Shown here one piece after another: positions 49,432-58,467 of a DNA stretch of 64,000 bases. The position numbers and the translations under genes are program-made. Positions within the stretch are counted from its first letter, which is position 1; the number at the start of each line of letters is the position of its first letter. The notes under the pieces are model-generated. The model was not told the origin of the DNA. It did not search any database and was given only the letters and a program-made list of their open reading frames with translations. Source of the DNA: Verrucomicrobiota bacterium. GTDB lineage: Bacteria; Verrucomicrobiota; Verrucomicrobiia; Chthoniobacterales; JACTMZ01. The DNA is taken from assembly GCA_027624625.1 (NCBI GenBank), contig JAQBWH010000002.1, forward strand, positions 24,271 to 88,270, written 5' to 3'.

Positions 49432-50618
49432 CTTGCTCCCTCCATGGCCTGGCGCACCGCACGGCAGGCCTCGCTTTGCAGGAACAGGCGGTCCGGTCCC
49501 GACAGCTCCTGCTCGCCGAGGCGGTCGGCTTCCGCGATGATTTCACGGGGGAAATATTTGCGCCGGAACCAGAGCGCGACATGGACGAGCCCGATGAGCA
49601 CGGGAACCTCGATCAGCGGCCCGACCACGGTGGCGAAGGCCACCCCGGAGGCGATGCCGAAGACACCGATGGCCACCGCGATGGCCAGTTCAAAATTGTT
49701 ACCTGCCGCGGTGAAGGCAAGGGTTGTGCTGCGCGAATAATCCGCCCCGATCCGGCGACCGAGAAAAAAGCTGAGGCCGAACATGAGAATGAAATAGATG
49801 GTCAGCGGCAGCGCGATACGGAGGACGTCCAGCGGGAGCTTCACGATGGCGCCGCCTTTGAAGGTGAACATCACCACGATGGTGAAAAGCAAGGCGATCA
49901 AAGTAACGGGTGAGATCACCGGGATGAATTTGCGGTCATACCACTCGATGCCTTTGAGCGGAATGAGGATAACGCGACTGAGCACACCCGCCGCGAAAGG
50001 AATTCCGAGGTAAATCATCACACTGGCGAAAATCTGGCCGATGGTCACGTCGGCCAGCGACTTTCCCCCGAGCCCCCGGACCATGGACAAGTCGATCCCG
50101 AGCAGACCGGGCAACCAGGTGATGAAGACCCACGCGTAGAGGCCGAAGGTGACAATCTGGAAGACGCTGTTGAGCGCAACAAGGCCGGCGCAATACTCGC
50201 TGCTCCCCTTGGCCAGCTGGTTCCAGACCAAGACCATGGCAATGCAGCGGGCGATGCCGACCAGGATGAGCCCGACCATGTAGTCCGGATGATCGCGGAG
50301 AAACAGGACGGCGAGGATGAACATGAGCACCGGACCGATGACCCAATTTTGCAGGAGGGACAACCCGAGGACTTGGGGGTTGGAGAAAACTTTGGGCATT
50401 TCCTCGTAGCGCACCTTGGCCAAAGGCGGATACATCATGAGGATGAGACCCGCCGCGATGAGGAGGTTTGTTGTTCCGACCGTGACCGGGGCGAAGAATG
50501 CCTCGGGATTAACAATGAGAAAATTGCCGGCCAGAACGCCGATTCCCATGGCGGCAAAAATCCACAAGGTGAGGTAACGGTCCAGGAAGGACATCCGGCG
50601 TGCGATCGAATCGTTCAT
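49428..50618 (-). CDS. acr3: ACR3 family arsenite efflux pump
   Basis: [53 protein letters not shown]. Confidence 0.95.
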   Translation of the reverse strand: MNDSIARRMSFLDRYLTLWIFAAMGIGVLAGNFLIVNPEAFFAPVTVGTTNLLIAAGLILMMYPPLAKVRYEEMPKVFSNPQVLGLSLLQNWVIGPVLMFILAVLFLRDHPDYMVGLILVGIARCIAMVLVWNQLAKGSSEYCAGLVALNSVFQIVTFGLYAWVFITWLPGLLGIDLSMVRGLGGKSLADVTIGQIFASVMIYLGIPFAAGVLSRVILIPLKGIEWYDRKFIPVISPVTLIALLFTIVVMFTFKGGAIVKLPLDVLRIALPLTIYFILMFGLSFFLGRRIGADYSRSTTLAFTAAGNNFELAIAVAIGVFGIASGVAFATVVGPLIEVPVLIGLVHVALWFRRKYFPREIIAEADRLGEQELSGPDRLFLQSEACRAVRQAMEGAR

Positions 50619-50983
50619 ACCGGGGTGACGGAACCGCGATGCGGCGACTTGGTGTTGACAAGTTGGCCCAGCTTCCGCAAGTCCCGCCCGAAGACGGCCT
50701 CTTCACCCGCACAATCCTGCAGGCAGGCGAGGTTGGCTTCGAGCAGGGGAGGTCTCTTCTTGGTCAAACGATAAAGCACCCATTTGCCCTTCCGCTCGGT
50801 TGTCACCATCCCGTGGCGGCGCAGATAGGCCAGATGACGCGAAACCTTGGCCTGCGGTTCTCCGATGACATCCTGCAAATGGCAGACGCAGAGCGGTCCC
50901 CGGAGCAGCAAATGCACGATGCGCAAACGCGTGCGGTGACAAAGGCACTCGTGGATCCGGACCAAGTTCACGCCGGAAAACAT
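50615..50983 (-). CDS. arsR: ArsR/SmtB repressor
   Basis: [33 protein letters not shown]. Confidence 0.9.
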   Translation of the reverse strand: MFSGVNLVRIHECLCHRTRLRIVHLLLRGPLCVCHLQDVIGEPQAKVSRHLAYLRRHGMVTTERKGKWVLYRLTKKRPPLLEANLACLQDCAGEEAVFGRDLRKLGQLVNTKSPHRGSVTPV

Positions 50984-51025
50984 ATTCGGGCAGACGAATA
51001 TGTGTCCAGCGGGAAAAAGTCCGGT

Positions 51026-51211
51026 TCAGTCGTCCAGATCCGTATTCTGCATGCCCATGCGACTGCCCGGCAGATTGAACTGCGAGTAGCGCGATCCGCT
51101 GTCGGTCGGGTCTTGCTCGAAACCGGGACCGCCAGTGGGTGATTGCGCGGTTTGGCAACCGGGAAGCAAAAGCGCGAGGAGTAGGGCGAGAAGGAAGGTG
51201 GACTTTTTCAC
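51026..51211 (-). CDS. 61-aa putative lipoprotein
   Basis: GTG-KKSTFLLALLLALLLPGC lipobox, polar tail. Confidence 0.6.
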   Translation of the reverse strand: MKKSTFLLALLLALLLPGCQTAQSPTGGPGFEQDPTDSGSRYSQFNLPGSRMGMQNTDLDD

Positions 51212-51242
51212 GCCGGCAAATAACCACACCTGCGCTTCCGCA

Positions 51243-52223
51243 TCACGATTTTTCCGCCCTTGCTGGTCGAAAGCCGGCCAAGCCGTGGCGCGGCGGGAGG
51301 AAAGCTTCGCGGAAAATCCCGAGACGTTTTTTTGGGTATATCGGGCCTCTTTTTTCTGCCTCCGCCGAGACGTCGCTGTTCTGACGGATGGCCTGTGCCA
51401 TGAGGGAGAGCCACTCCAAGCGCGGTACCGGGGCGAGGTAGTAGCCGGAGTAAACGAGGGCATCGTCGGCGTCCTGCGGCGCGACCTGGAATGCCGCGCC
51501 GATGGTGTGGCCGAGTTGCCAGAGATTGTCATAGCGCAAAGATGCGTCGAGGCGCAGCGGCGTGGTGTTGGCGCTGTATCGGTTGTTTAGCTCCACGCTG
51601 CCGTGGAGGGGAAAGGAATCTTCCACCACCAGCTCCACGTCGACCGAGCCCGGCATGGCGCCGGGTTTGAATTCCGGGGTGACCCGCAGATCGGCGCGCC
51701 GGTTGAGCCGGATAACGTCCTTCTCCACGTCGCGGAAGTTCGGGATGGACCCCTCGGCGAGGGAGGGGGCCAGGCGTTTGATCCTTTCGATGTCGTGGTA
51801 TTTCGATCCGCGGACAGTGAGCCGCCCGACTGGCATTTCCTGCACGCTGAGGACAATGATTCCGCTGGTCGGATCTTGCGGCGGAATTTCCACGACCACC
51901 GTCTGGTAGCCCGCGCGGTGGTATCTTTGCTCCAGTGCGGCACGGGCCAATTCGACATCCTCCGCCGTGCGTTCCGGGCCGAGATAAGCGTAGACGGCGT
52001 AGTCCACTTGGTCGCGCGGCAGGTGGCGCGATCCGATCACGCGGTATTCGCGGATGTGGAAAGACGGAGGCGGGAGGTCGGAGCCCGTGCTTTCACCCGC
52101 CGCGTCCGTGGTCGGCACGGCCCGTGCAGCCTCGCGGGGCTCGGCCAGAAACGCGATCAGACCCACCGCAAAAAGGCAGGCGCGCAGAGACACGAGGCGG
52201 GCCAGTTTGGCGGGCGGGGACAT
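51243..52223 (-). pseudogene. Truncated ShlB/FhaC/HecB (TpsB) outer-membrane translocator
   Basis: Signal peptide, POTRA (IREYRVIG, LEQRYHRAGY), LHGSVELNN, YDNLWQLGH. Barrel-like sequence stops after QNSDVS (~51366) and runs into an unrelated tail. Confidence 0.75.
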
Positions 52224-52271
52224 GGACCATAAATAATAGGACGGGAATGCTTCTGCAGGACAGTCGCAGAA

Positions 52272-52288
52272 TGTGAAATTTCCGTCAC
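52272..52288 (-). promoter_or_regulatory. Candidate Pho box
   Basis: Minus strand GTGACG-gaaat-TTCACA, ~50 nt upstream of the TpsB start. Confidence 0.7.
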
Positions 52289-52315
52289 ATAGACCTTTTC
52301 CGACAGAGTAAAGGT

Positions 52316-53131
52316 TCAGCCGAAGCGGCCGGTGATGTAGTCCTCGGTACGCTTTTCCGAGGGGCTGGTGAAAATCTTCGCCGTGGTGCCGAATTCGACC
52401 AGTTTGCCGAGGTAGAAAAAGCCAGTGTGGTCCGAGCAGCGGGTGGCCTGCTGCATGTTGTGGGTCACGATGACAATGGTGAACTCTTTTTTCAGCTCGC
52501 TGATCAGCTGCTCGACCCGGGCCGTGGCAATGGGATCGAGGGCGGAGCAAGGTTCGTCCATGAGCAGAACCTTGGGCCGGTTGGCAATGGCCCGCGCGAT
52601 ACAGAGGCGTTGCATTTGTCCGCCGGACAGCCCGAGGGCACTCTGGTGCAAGCGGTCTTTGACCTCGTCCCACAAGGCGCCGCCGCGCAGGCTGCGCTCG
52701 GCCGCTTCGTCGAGCTGGGTGCGATCGTGCAGGCCGCAAATGCGCAGGCTGTAGACCACGTTTTCGTAGATCGACTTGGCGAAGGGGTTGGACCTCTGGA
52801 AAACCATGCCGACCAATCTCCGCAAGGCGATGACCTCGAGGGCAGGATCCCAGAGGCTGCGTCCGGCCAAAGTGATTTCCCCGGTGTGCCGCACGCCGTC
52901 GATCAATTCGTTCATCCGGTTGAAATTGCGGAGGAGGGTCGTTTTCCCACAGCCGGATGGACCGATGAACGCGGTGACCTGACGCTCGGGAATATCGAGG
53001 ACAACGTCGTGCAGGGCCTGGTTCTTGCCGTAGAAGAAGTTGAAGTCGCGCACCGAGATGATGGGCCGCCCTCCGGCAGGCGGGGACGTTTCCCGGGCGG
53101 GACCGGGGAGGGAAGTGGTCGCGTCAGGCAT
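52316..53131 (-). CDS. pstB: Phosphate ABC transporter ATPase
   Basis: [48 protein letters not shown]. Confidence 0.97.
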   Translation of the reverse strand: MPDATTSLPGPARETSPPAGGRPIISVRDFNFFYGKNQALHDVVLDIPERQVTAFIGPSGCGKTTLLRNFNRMNELIDGVRHTGEITLAGRSLWDPALEVIALRRLVGMVFQRSNPFAKSIYENVVYSLRICGLHDRTQLDEAAERSLRGGALWDEVKDRLHQSALGLSGGQMQRLCIARAIANRPKVLLMDEPCSALDPIATARVEQLISELKKEFTIVIVTHNMQQATRCSDHTGFFYLGKLVEFGTTAKIFTSPSEKRTEDYITGRFG

Positions 53132-53134
53132 GGG

Positions 53135-54025
53135 TCAGTGTTTTTTGCTGAAAACGAGTTGGGCGGTCACGTTGGTCGCGGTGACAAGAAGAACCAGCAC
53201 GAGGGAAGCGGTCCAAGCCATTTTCACCTGATGTTCGAAGGGGACGATGGAAAAATTGTAAATGAGCACGGCCAGAGAGGCCGTTGGCTCCATCAGGGAG
53301 GACATCCAGAACTGGCTGAAGAGCGCAGTGAAGACAAGCGGTGCGGTTTCGCCGGCCGCGCGAGCCACGGCAAGCATCACTCCGGTCATGATGGCCGGCA
53401 TGGCTTCGGGCAGGACGATGCGGCGGATTGTCTGGAAGCGCGTGGCCCCGAGACCGTAGGAAGCCTCGCGGTAGGAACGCTGCACGCCGAGCAGGGCCTG
53501 CTCGGAGGTGAGCAAAATGGTCGGCAGCATGAGCACGCCGAGGGCGACACCGCCGGCCAGGGCGGAAAATTTTCCGGTGGCCAAAACAATCGCGGCAAAG
53601 GCGAAGACGCCGCAGATGATGGACGGGATGCCGGTGAGGAGTTTGGCCGTGAAGCGGGTGATGGTGGCGAGGCGCCCGGCCGGCTCGTATTCGCAGATGT
53701 AGATCGCGGCAAGAATGCCGGGTGGCCCGGACAGGGCCAGTCCGATCCCCACCATGAGGAAGGTGCCGACCACCGCGTTGCCGAATCCGCCGCCGGTCAT
53801 TCCGGCCGCGGGCGGCAACTGGGTGAAGATCGACCAGTCCAGCAAAGGCAGGCCATTCTTCACCACAAGGTACAGGATGGACGCGAGGGGCACGAGTGCC
53901 GCGAAGGACAGCGCGATGCACAGGCCGGTGAGGAGACGGTTGCCCAAGGAGCGGCCGATCAGTTTGGTCGAGTCGATGCCGTCTTCTTGGAAAAAGTTCT
54001 CGGCGTGGGTCAGAGGATTATCCAT
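53135..54025 (-). CDS. pstA: Phosphate ABC permease
   Basis: GIPSIICGVF, REASYGLGATR, ARAAGETAPL. Confidence 0.94.
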   Translation of the reverse strand: MDNPLTHAENFFQEDGIDSTKLIGRSLGNRLLTGLCIALSFAALVPLASILYLVVKNGLPLLDWSIFTQLPPAAGMTGGGFGNAVVGTFLMVGIGLALSGPPGILAAIYICEYEPAGRLATITRFTAKLLTGIPSIICGVFAFAAIVLATGKFSALAGGVALGVLMLPTILLTSEQALLGVQRSYREASYGLGATRFQTIRRIVLPEAMPAIMTGVMLAVARAAGETAPLVFTALFSQFWMSSLMEPTASLAVLIYNFSIVPFEHQVKMAWTASLVLVLLVTATNVTAQLVFSKKH

Positions 54026-54030
54026 ACGCG

Positions 54031-54987
54031 TCAGCGGATACCCGCCGTTCTTTTTTCGGTGTAGCGCAACACGGCTTCACCGGCGAAATTGACCGCGAGG
54101 GTCAGGGCGACGAGCACCAGCGCGGCATACATCAAAGCGGCGACCTGCATGCCCTCGGCCTCGCCGAATTGATTGGCCAACAGGCTGGCCAGGGTGCCGG
54201 ACGGGGCAAAAAGCGACCAAGAAAGGCGCGAACTGTTCCCGATGAGCATGGCCACAGCCATCGTCTCACCCATGGCCCGTCCCAGCGCGAGGATGGTTGC
54301 CGCGACCACTCCCGGTGCGGCGGTGGGGAGAATGACCCCGAGGATGGCTTCCCAGCGGGTGGCGCCGAGGGCGTAAGCACCCTCCCGTAAGGTCCGCGGC
54401 ACGGCGACGAGCGAGGCGCGTGAGATCGCGGTGATGGTCGGCAGCACCATAAGAGCAAGGACCACTCCGGCAGTGAGCAGGGAATTGCCGTAAGCGGGAC
54501 CGGTCAGGAAAGGAAGATAGCCGAAGCGCTCCGTGACCCAAGTGCCGAGGGATTGGATGAGGGGAACCACAACAAAGATGCCCCACAGTCCGTAGACCAC
54601 GCTGGGGATGGCGGCGAGAAGCTCGACGACAAAACGGACAAAGTCACGGGCCTGACGGGGGAGGAAATCCTCGCTCAAAAAGATGGCAATGGCCAAACCC
54701 GGGGGGAAAGCCAGGACCAAGGCGATGATCGCGGTGGCCACGGTGCCGACGAGGAAGGGCAGCACGCCGTAACGGTCGCGGTTGGGCTGCCACTGCGCGC
54801 CGGTCAAAAAACCAAGGCCGTGTTCTTCCAGGGCCGGTTTGGCTTCCTGGAAAACCTCCCAGAAAATCCAGCCAAGCACGAAGACCGAGGAGACTGCGGC
54901 CAGCGCGGTGAACCAGCGGAAAAAATCCGGAAGCCTGCGCGCCACGTTGTCATGGATGCCGCCCGAGCTGGTCTTGTCGGTCGTCAT
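54031..54987 (-). CDS. pstC: Phosphate ABC permease
   Basis: ELLAAIPSVVYGLWG, EGAYALGATRWE, GRAMGETMAV. Confidence 0.95.
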   Translation of the reverse strand: MTTDKTSSGGIHDNVARRLPDFFRWFTALAAVSSVFVLGWIFWEVFQEAKPALEEHGLGFLTGAQWQPNRDRYGVLPFLVGTVATAIIALVLAFPPGLAIAIFLSEDFLPRQARDFVRFVVELLAAIPSVVYGLWGIFVVVPLIQSLGTWVTERFGYLPFLTGPAYGNSLLTAGVVLALMVLPTITAISRASLVAVPRTLREGAYALGATRWEAILGVILPTAAPGVVAATILALGRAMGETMAVAMLIGNSSRLSWSLFAPSGTLASLLANQFGEAEGMQVAALMYAALVLVALTLAVNFAGEAVLRYTEKRTAGIR

Positions 54988-55003
54988 GGGGAGACGGGTC
55001 CGC

Positions 55004-56005
55004 TTAATCGATGGTGGAAAGCGCTGCGTTGGCCTTGGCCACCACGGACTCGGGCAGCGGGATGTAGCCGAGATCCAGCGCGAAGGATTGGCCCTCGGTC
55101 AGCCCGTAGGTCACGAAGTCCTTGAGCGCTTTGAGCTTCGCGGCATTGTCATACTTTTGGTAAAGCAAGAGCCAGGTGAACGAAGCAATAGGATAGCCGT
55201 CCGGAGCCGCGGTGTCGACCGGCCAGGCCCGAAGGTTTTCCGGCAACTCGACCGAGGCCAGCGCGGCGGCGCCGCTGAGTGGCGTGGGGACAATGAAGTT
55301 GCCCGACTTGTTTTCGACCGAAGCGACCGGCAACTTATTCTGTTCGGCGTAGCCGAATTCGACATAACCGATGGCGCCGGGAGTCTGTTTGACCAGCGCG
55401 GTGACCCCCTCGTTGCCTTTGCCGCCCACCCCGACGGGGAAGGTGACCGATTTGTCATATCCCACCTCTTCATCGAATTCGGGGCTGATCGCGGCCAGAT
55501 GTTGGGTAAAGACATAGGTTGTCCCGCTTCCGTCCGAGCGGTAGGCCACCATGATGGGTCGTGCGGGGAGCGGGAGGTCGGGGTTGGCCGCGACAATGGC
55601 CGGATCGTTCCACTTGGTGACCGTGCCCAAAAAGATGCCGGCCAGCGCGGCGCGGGACAACTTCAGCCCGGTCACGCCCTCCAGATTGTAGGCCAGCACC
55701 ACACTGCCGGCGGTGACCGGAATCATCACTGCCCCGCGTGGTGATTTGGCCATTTCGGCGTCGGTCATGGCGGCATCGCTCGCCCCAAAATCGACCACCC
55801 CTTGGAGAAAATTTTTCACCCCGGCCCCGCTGCCGACTGATTGGTAGTTTACTTCGATGGCCGGAACTTGCTTGTTGTATTCGACCGCCCAGCGCTGATA
55901 GAGCGGCGCGGGAAAGGTGGCGCCCGCCCCGGAAAGTTGCTGGGCTTGCAGCGGCGCGGTGAAGCCGGCCGCAAAAATGGCAAAATGGAATAGTGGCTTC
56001 TTCAT
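55004..56005 (-). CDS. pstS: Phosphate ABC substrate-binding protein
   Basis: GAGATFPAPLY, YQSVGSGAG, DFGASD, RSDGSGTT, YPIASFTW. ATG at 56005. Confidence 0.96.
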   Translation of the reverse strand: MKKPLFHFAIFAAGFTAPLQAQQLSGAGATFPAPLYQRWAVEYNKQVPAIEVNYQSVGSGAGVKNFLQGVVDFGASDAAMTDAEMAKSPRGAVMIPVTAGSVVLAYNLEGVTGLKLSRAALAGIFLGTVTKWNDPAIVAANPDLPLPARPIMVAYRSDGSGTTYVFTQHLAAISPEFDEEVGYDKSVTFPVGVGGKGNEGVTALVKQTPGAIGYVEFGYAEQNKLPVASVENKSGNFIVPTPLSGAAALASVELPENLRAWPVDTAAPDGYPIASFTWLLLYQKYDNAAKLKALKDFVTYGLTEGQSFALDLGYIPLPESVVAKANAALSTID

Positions 56006-56069
56006 CGGTGGGAGGTGGGAAGCAAAGTCTCGTTGCTGGGCGGACGCGAAAGAAGCGAAAAGCATGAAG

Positions 56070-56086
56070 GTGTCGGATTTGTCACA
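56070..56086 (+). promoter_or_regulatory. Candidate Pho box in pstS/phoU divergent promoter
   Basis: GTGTCG-gattt-GTCACA. Confidence 0.55.
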
Positions 56087-56170
56087 TTTGCAGCCGGGTT
56101 TTTCCCGAGACTTGGCAAGGTTCGCGCGACGGCTTGCCGCTGGGTCCATGCATGCGTATTGTCTGTAAGG

Positions 56171-56863
56171 ATGGAAGCTGCCACGACCAAACATATTTTG
56201 GGTGATTTTGACGATGGGCTGCGCTCGATGCGCGACACCGTGTTGATGATGGCCTCCCTGACCGAGCGCCTGCTGGCCTCCGCCAACGATTGCCTCTCTG
56301 CCCGCAGCTTCGAGGCGTGCGAGCGGGTCATTGCCGACGACGCAGAAATTGACACCTTGGAGAAGTCGGTCGACGAGGCAGGGGTCGCCATTTTGGTCCG
56401 GTTCCAACCGTTGGCCAATGATCTGCGTGAGGTGGTTGCCGCCATGAAGGTCAGCACCAACCTCGAGCGCGTCGCTGATCAAGCCGTGGGGATCGCCCGC
56501 CGCGCCCGCCGCCTCAACGAAGCTCCTACCTTGCCCGAGACGGACGGCTTGGTCAAAATGTGCCACGTTGCCGCGGGCATTTTTCGCGACAGCATCCGGA
56601 GTTACGCCGACCGCGACGAAGGTTTGGCCCGCGAACTGAAGGAGCGCGACCGCGAACTTGACGTCATGCACCATGCGTTTATCGATCAGTTGACCGTGCG
56701 CATGGCCAGCGATACCGGACGCATCCGTGACTATATTGATCTCGTGCTCATGGCGCGCAACCTTGAGCGCGTCGGTGATCACGCCACGAATATTGCCGAG
56801 GACGCCGTCTTCGCCGCATCCGCCGAAGACATTCGCCACACCGCGCCACTGGCGGGAGCCTGA
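56171..56863 (+). CDS. phoU: Phosphate signalling regulator
   Basis: DDAEIDTLE, QPLANDLR, NLERVADQA, DRELD, LERVGDHATNIAE. Confidence 0.95.
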   Translation: MEAATTKHILGDFDDGLRSMRDTVLMMASLTERLLASANDCLSARSFEACERVIADDAEIDTLEKSVDEAGVAILVRFQPLANDLREVVAAMKVSTNLERVADQAVGIARRARRLNEAPTLPETDGLVKMCHVAAGIFRDSIRSYADRDEGLARELKERDRELDVMHHAFIDQLTVRMASDTGRIRDYIDLVLMARNLERVGDHATNIAEDAVFAASAEDIRHTAPLAGA

Positions 56864-56868
56864 GTGGG

Positions 56869-57504
56869 TTAAAGCCCGCGCGGGGAATCAGGCGGTGGGC
56901 CGGCCAACCTTTCCGCTTGCGGCGGAGGAACTGCCGTAGTGGCTTGTCCCACGAACGGTACCAGCTTGGGCAGCCGTTCGGCCAGCGGTTCGCGGAAAAT
57001 GTCGACCCGTGCGCCGACGCCCACCCGGTCAAACAAGGCAATGATATCCCTCGAGCGCATGCGGATGCAGCCGTAGCTGACGGGGCGGCCGATGTTGCGC
57101 TCCTCGGGTGTCCCGTGGATGTAAATGAAGCGGCCGAAGCTGTTTCCGTTTTGGCGCTCTTTGCCCCCGAGCCAGAGGATGCGGGTGACGATGGGATCGC
57201 GTCCCGGTGCATTAACCGGGAGCACCTCGCCGGTGAAACGACGCGACTTGAAAACCGCCCCCGGCGGCAAACCATGGCCGATTTTTTTCAGCACGCGGTG
57301 CTTGCCGAGCGGAGTGCCGTAGCTGCCCGGCCGCGAACTCAGCCCGAATTTCGAGGTCGAGATGGGAAAGGTGGCCACGGGCTGACCTTGCTCGGTGAGA
57401 AGCATCTTCTGGTCGGTCACGCTGACGTGCATGGCATGACGGTTATCGAGCCGCGCGCAGCCGGCAAAAAGCAGGAGAAGAAAGAAAATCGGGCGGATCC
57501 TCAT
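56869..57504 (-). CDS. L,D-transpeptidase (YkuD) lipoprotein
   Basis: FAGC lipobox, TPLG, IYIHGT..SYGCIRM. Confidence 0.88.
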   Translation of the reverse strand: MRIRPIFFLLLLFAGCARLDNRHAMHVSVTDQKMLLTEQGQPVATFPISTSKFGLSSRPGSYGTPLGKHRVLKKIGHGLPPGAVFKSRRFTGEVLPVNAPGRDPIVTRILWLGGKERQNGNSFGRFIYIHGTPEERNIGRPVSYGCIRMRSRDIIALFDRVGVGARVDIFREPLAERLPKLVPFVGQATTAVPPPQAERLAGPPPDSPRGL

Positions 57505-57756
57505 CGCGAGGCAATAGACTTAACACAGCCCTTTGACCGGGGCGAGCGGCCCAGATTCTCCTGATATGAGAAGCATATCTTGAAACTGCGGGGCAAAAAG
57601 TTTTTTGAACGCCGGCCCGTTGGCGTGGTCGAAACTTTCGGTTTGGTTTGCGCCAAGAGCCGTCGGGCCGGTCAGTTTTCTTGTTTTCTGACCGGAATCA
57701 CCGGCGGCTCACTTTTTTATCTTGAGCAGAACCTCCCTCTTCTTAGCGTCCACGAC

Positions 57757-58467
57757 GTGAAACCCGCCCAGACCAAGCCGGCCAGCGTTCTGGTTATCGA
57801 GGACGAGGCCGACATGTTGGAGTTGGTCCGTTACCATATGGACAAAGCGGGGCTCCACGTTCTTCTGGCCCGCGATGGCCGGCAGGGACTGGAGAAAGCG
57901 AGGGCTCAATGCCCGGATGTCATCGTGCTCGACCTCATGTTACCGGCCATGAGCGGGGAGGATGTGTGCCGGGAGTTAAAGGCGGGCGCTGCCACCACCG
58001 CCATTCCGGTCATCATGCTCACGGCAAAAGCTCAACCGGAGGAACGCATCGCCGGCCTCGAACTCGGGGCGGACGACTACGTGGCCAAGCCTTTTAGTCC
58101 GCGCGAGCTTGTCCTTCGTGTCCAAGGCTTCCTCCGCCGTCAACGCGTGCCGGGCGCGGGCGATACACTGACTTTCGGGCCGTTCGAACTCGACCGGGGT
58201 ATCTTCGAGGTGCGCCTCGAAGGCGAGCGCCTCGACCTGACGGCCATCGAGTTCAAACTTCTTGCCATTTTGATGGAAAAGCGCGGCGCACCGATGGCGC
58301 GGGTTGATCTGCTGCGTGACGTCTGGGGCTACCGCCATCCGATCGACAGTCGCACGGTCGACACGCACATGCGGCGTTTGCGGGCCAAGCTTGGATGTTA
58401 TGCCGACTGCCTCGCCACGGTGCGCGGCGAAGGTTATTGTTTCAACGCGGGAAGGACGGAACCTTGA
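57757..58467 (+). CDS. phoB: Phosphate regulon response regulator
   Basis: VIEDE, IVLDLMLP, DDYVAKPFSPREL, SRTVDTHMRRLR; directly upstream of a PhoR-type kinase, near pst/phoU. Start at GTG 57757 is uncertain. Confidence 0.85.
   Translation: MKPAQTKPASVLVIEDEADMLELVRYHMDKAGLHVLLARDGRQGLEKARAQCPDVIVLDLMLPAMSGEDVCRELKAGAATTAIPVIMLTAKAQPEERIAGLELGADDYVAKPFSPRELVLRVQGFLRRQRVPGAGDTLTFGPFELDRGIFEVRLEGERLDLTAIEFKLLAILMEKRGAPMARVDLLRDVWGYRHPIDSRTVDTHMRRLRAKLGCYADCLATVRGEGYCFNAGRTEP

Noticed and set aside
55004-56839. 611-aa PstS with long N-terminal extension
   Set aside because: The extension is antisense to phoU; a signal peptide begins at ATG 56005.
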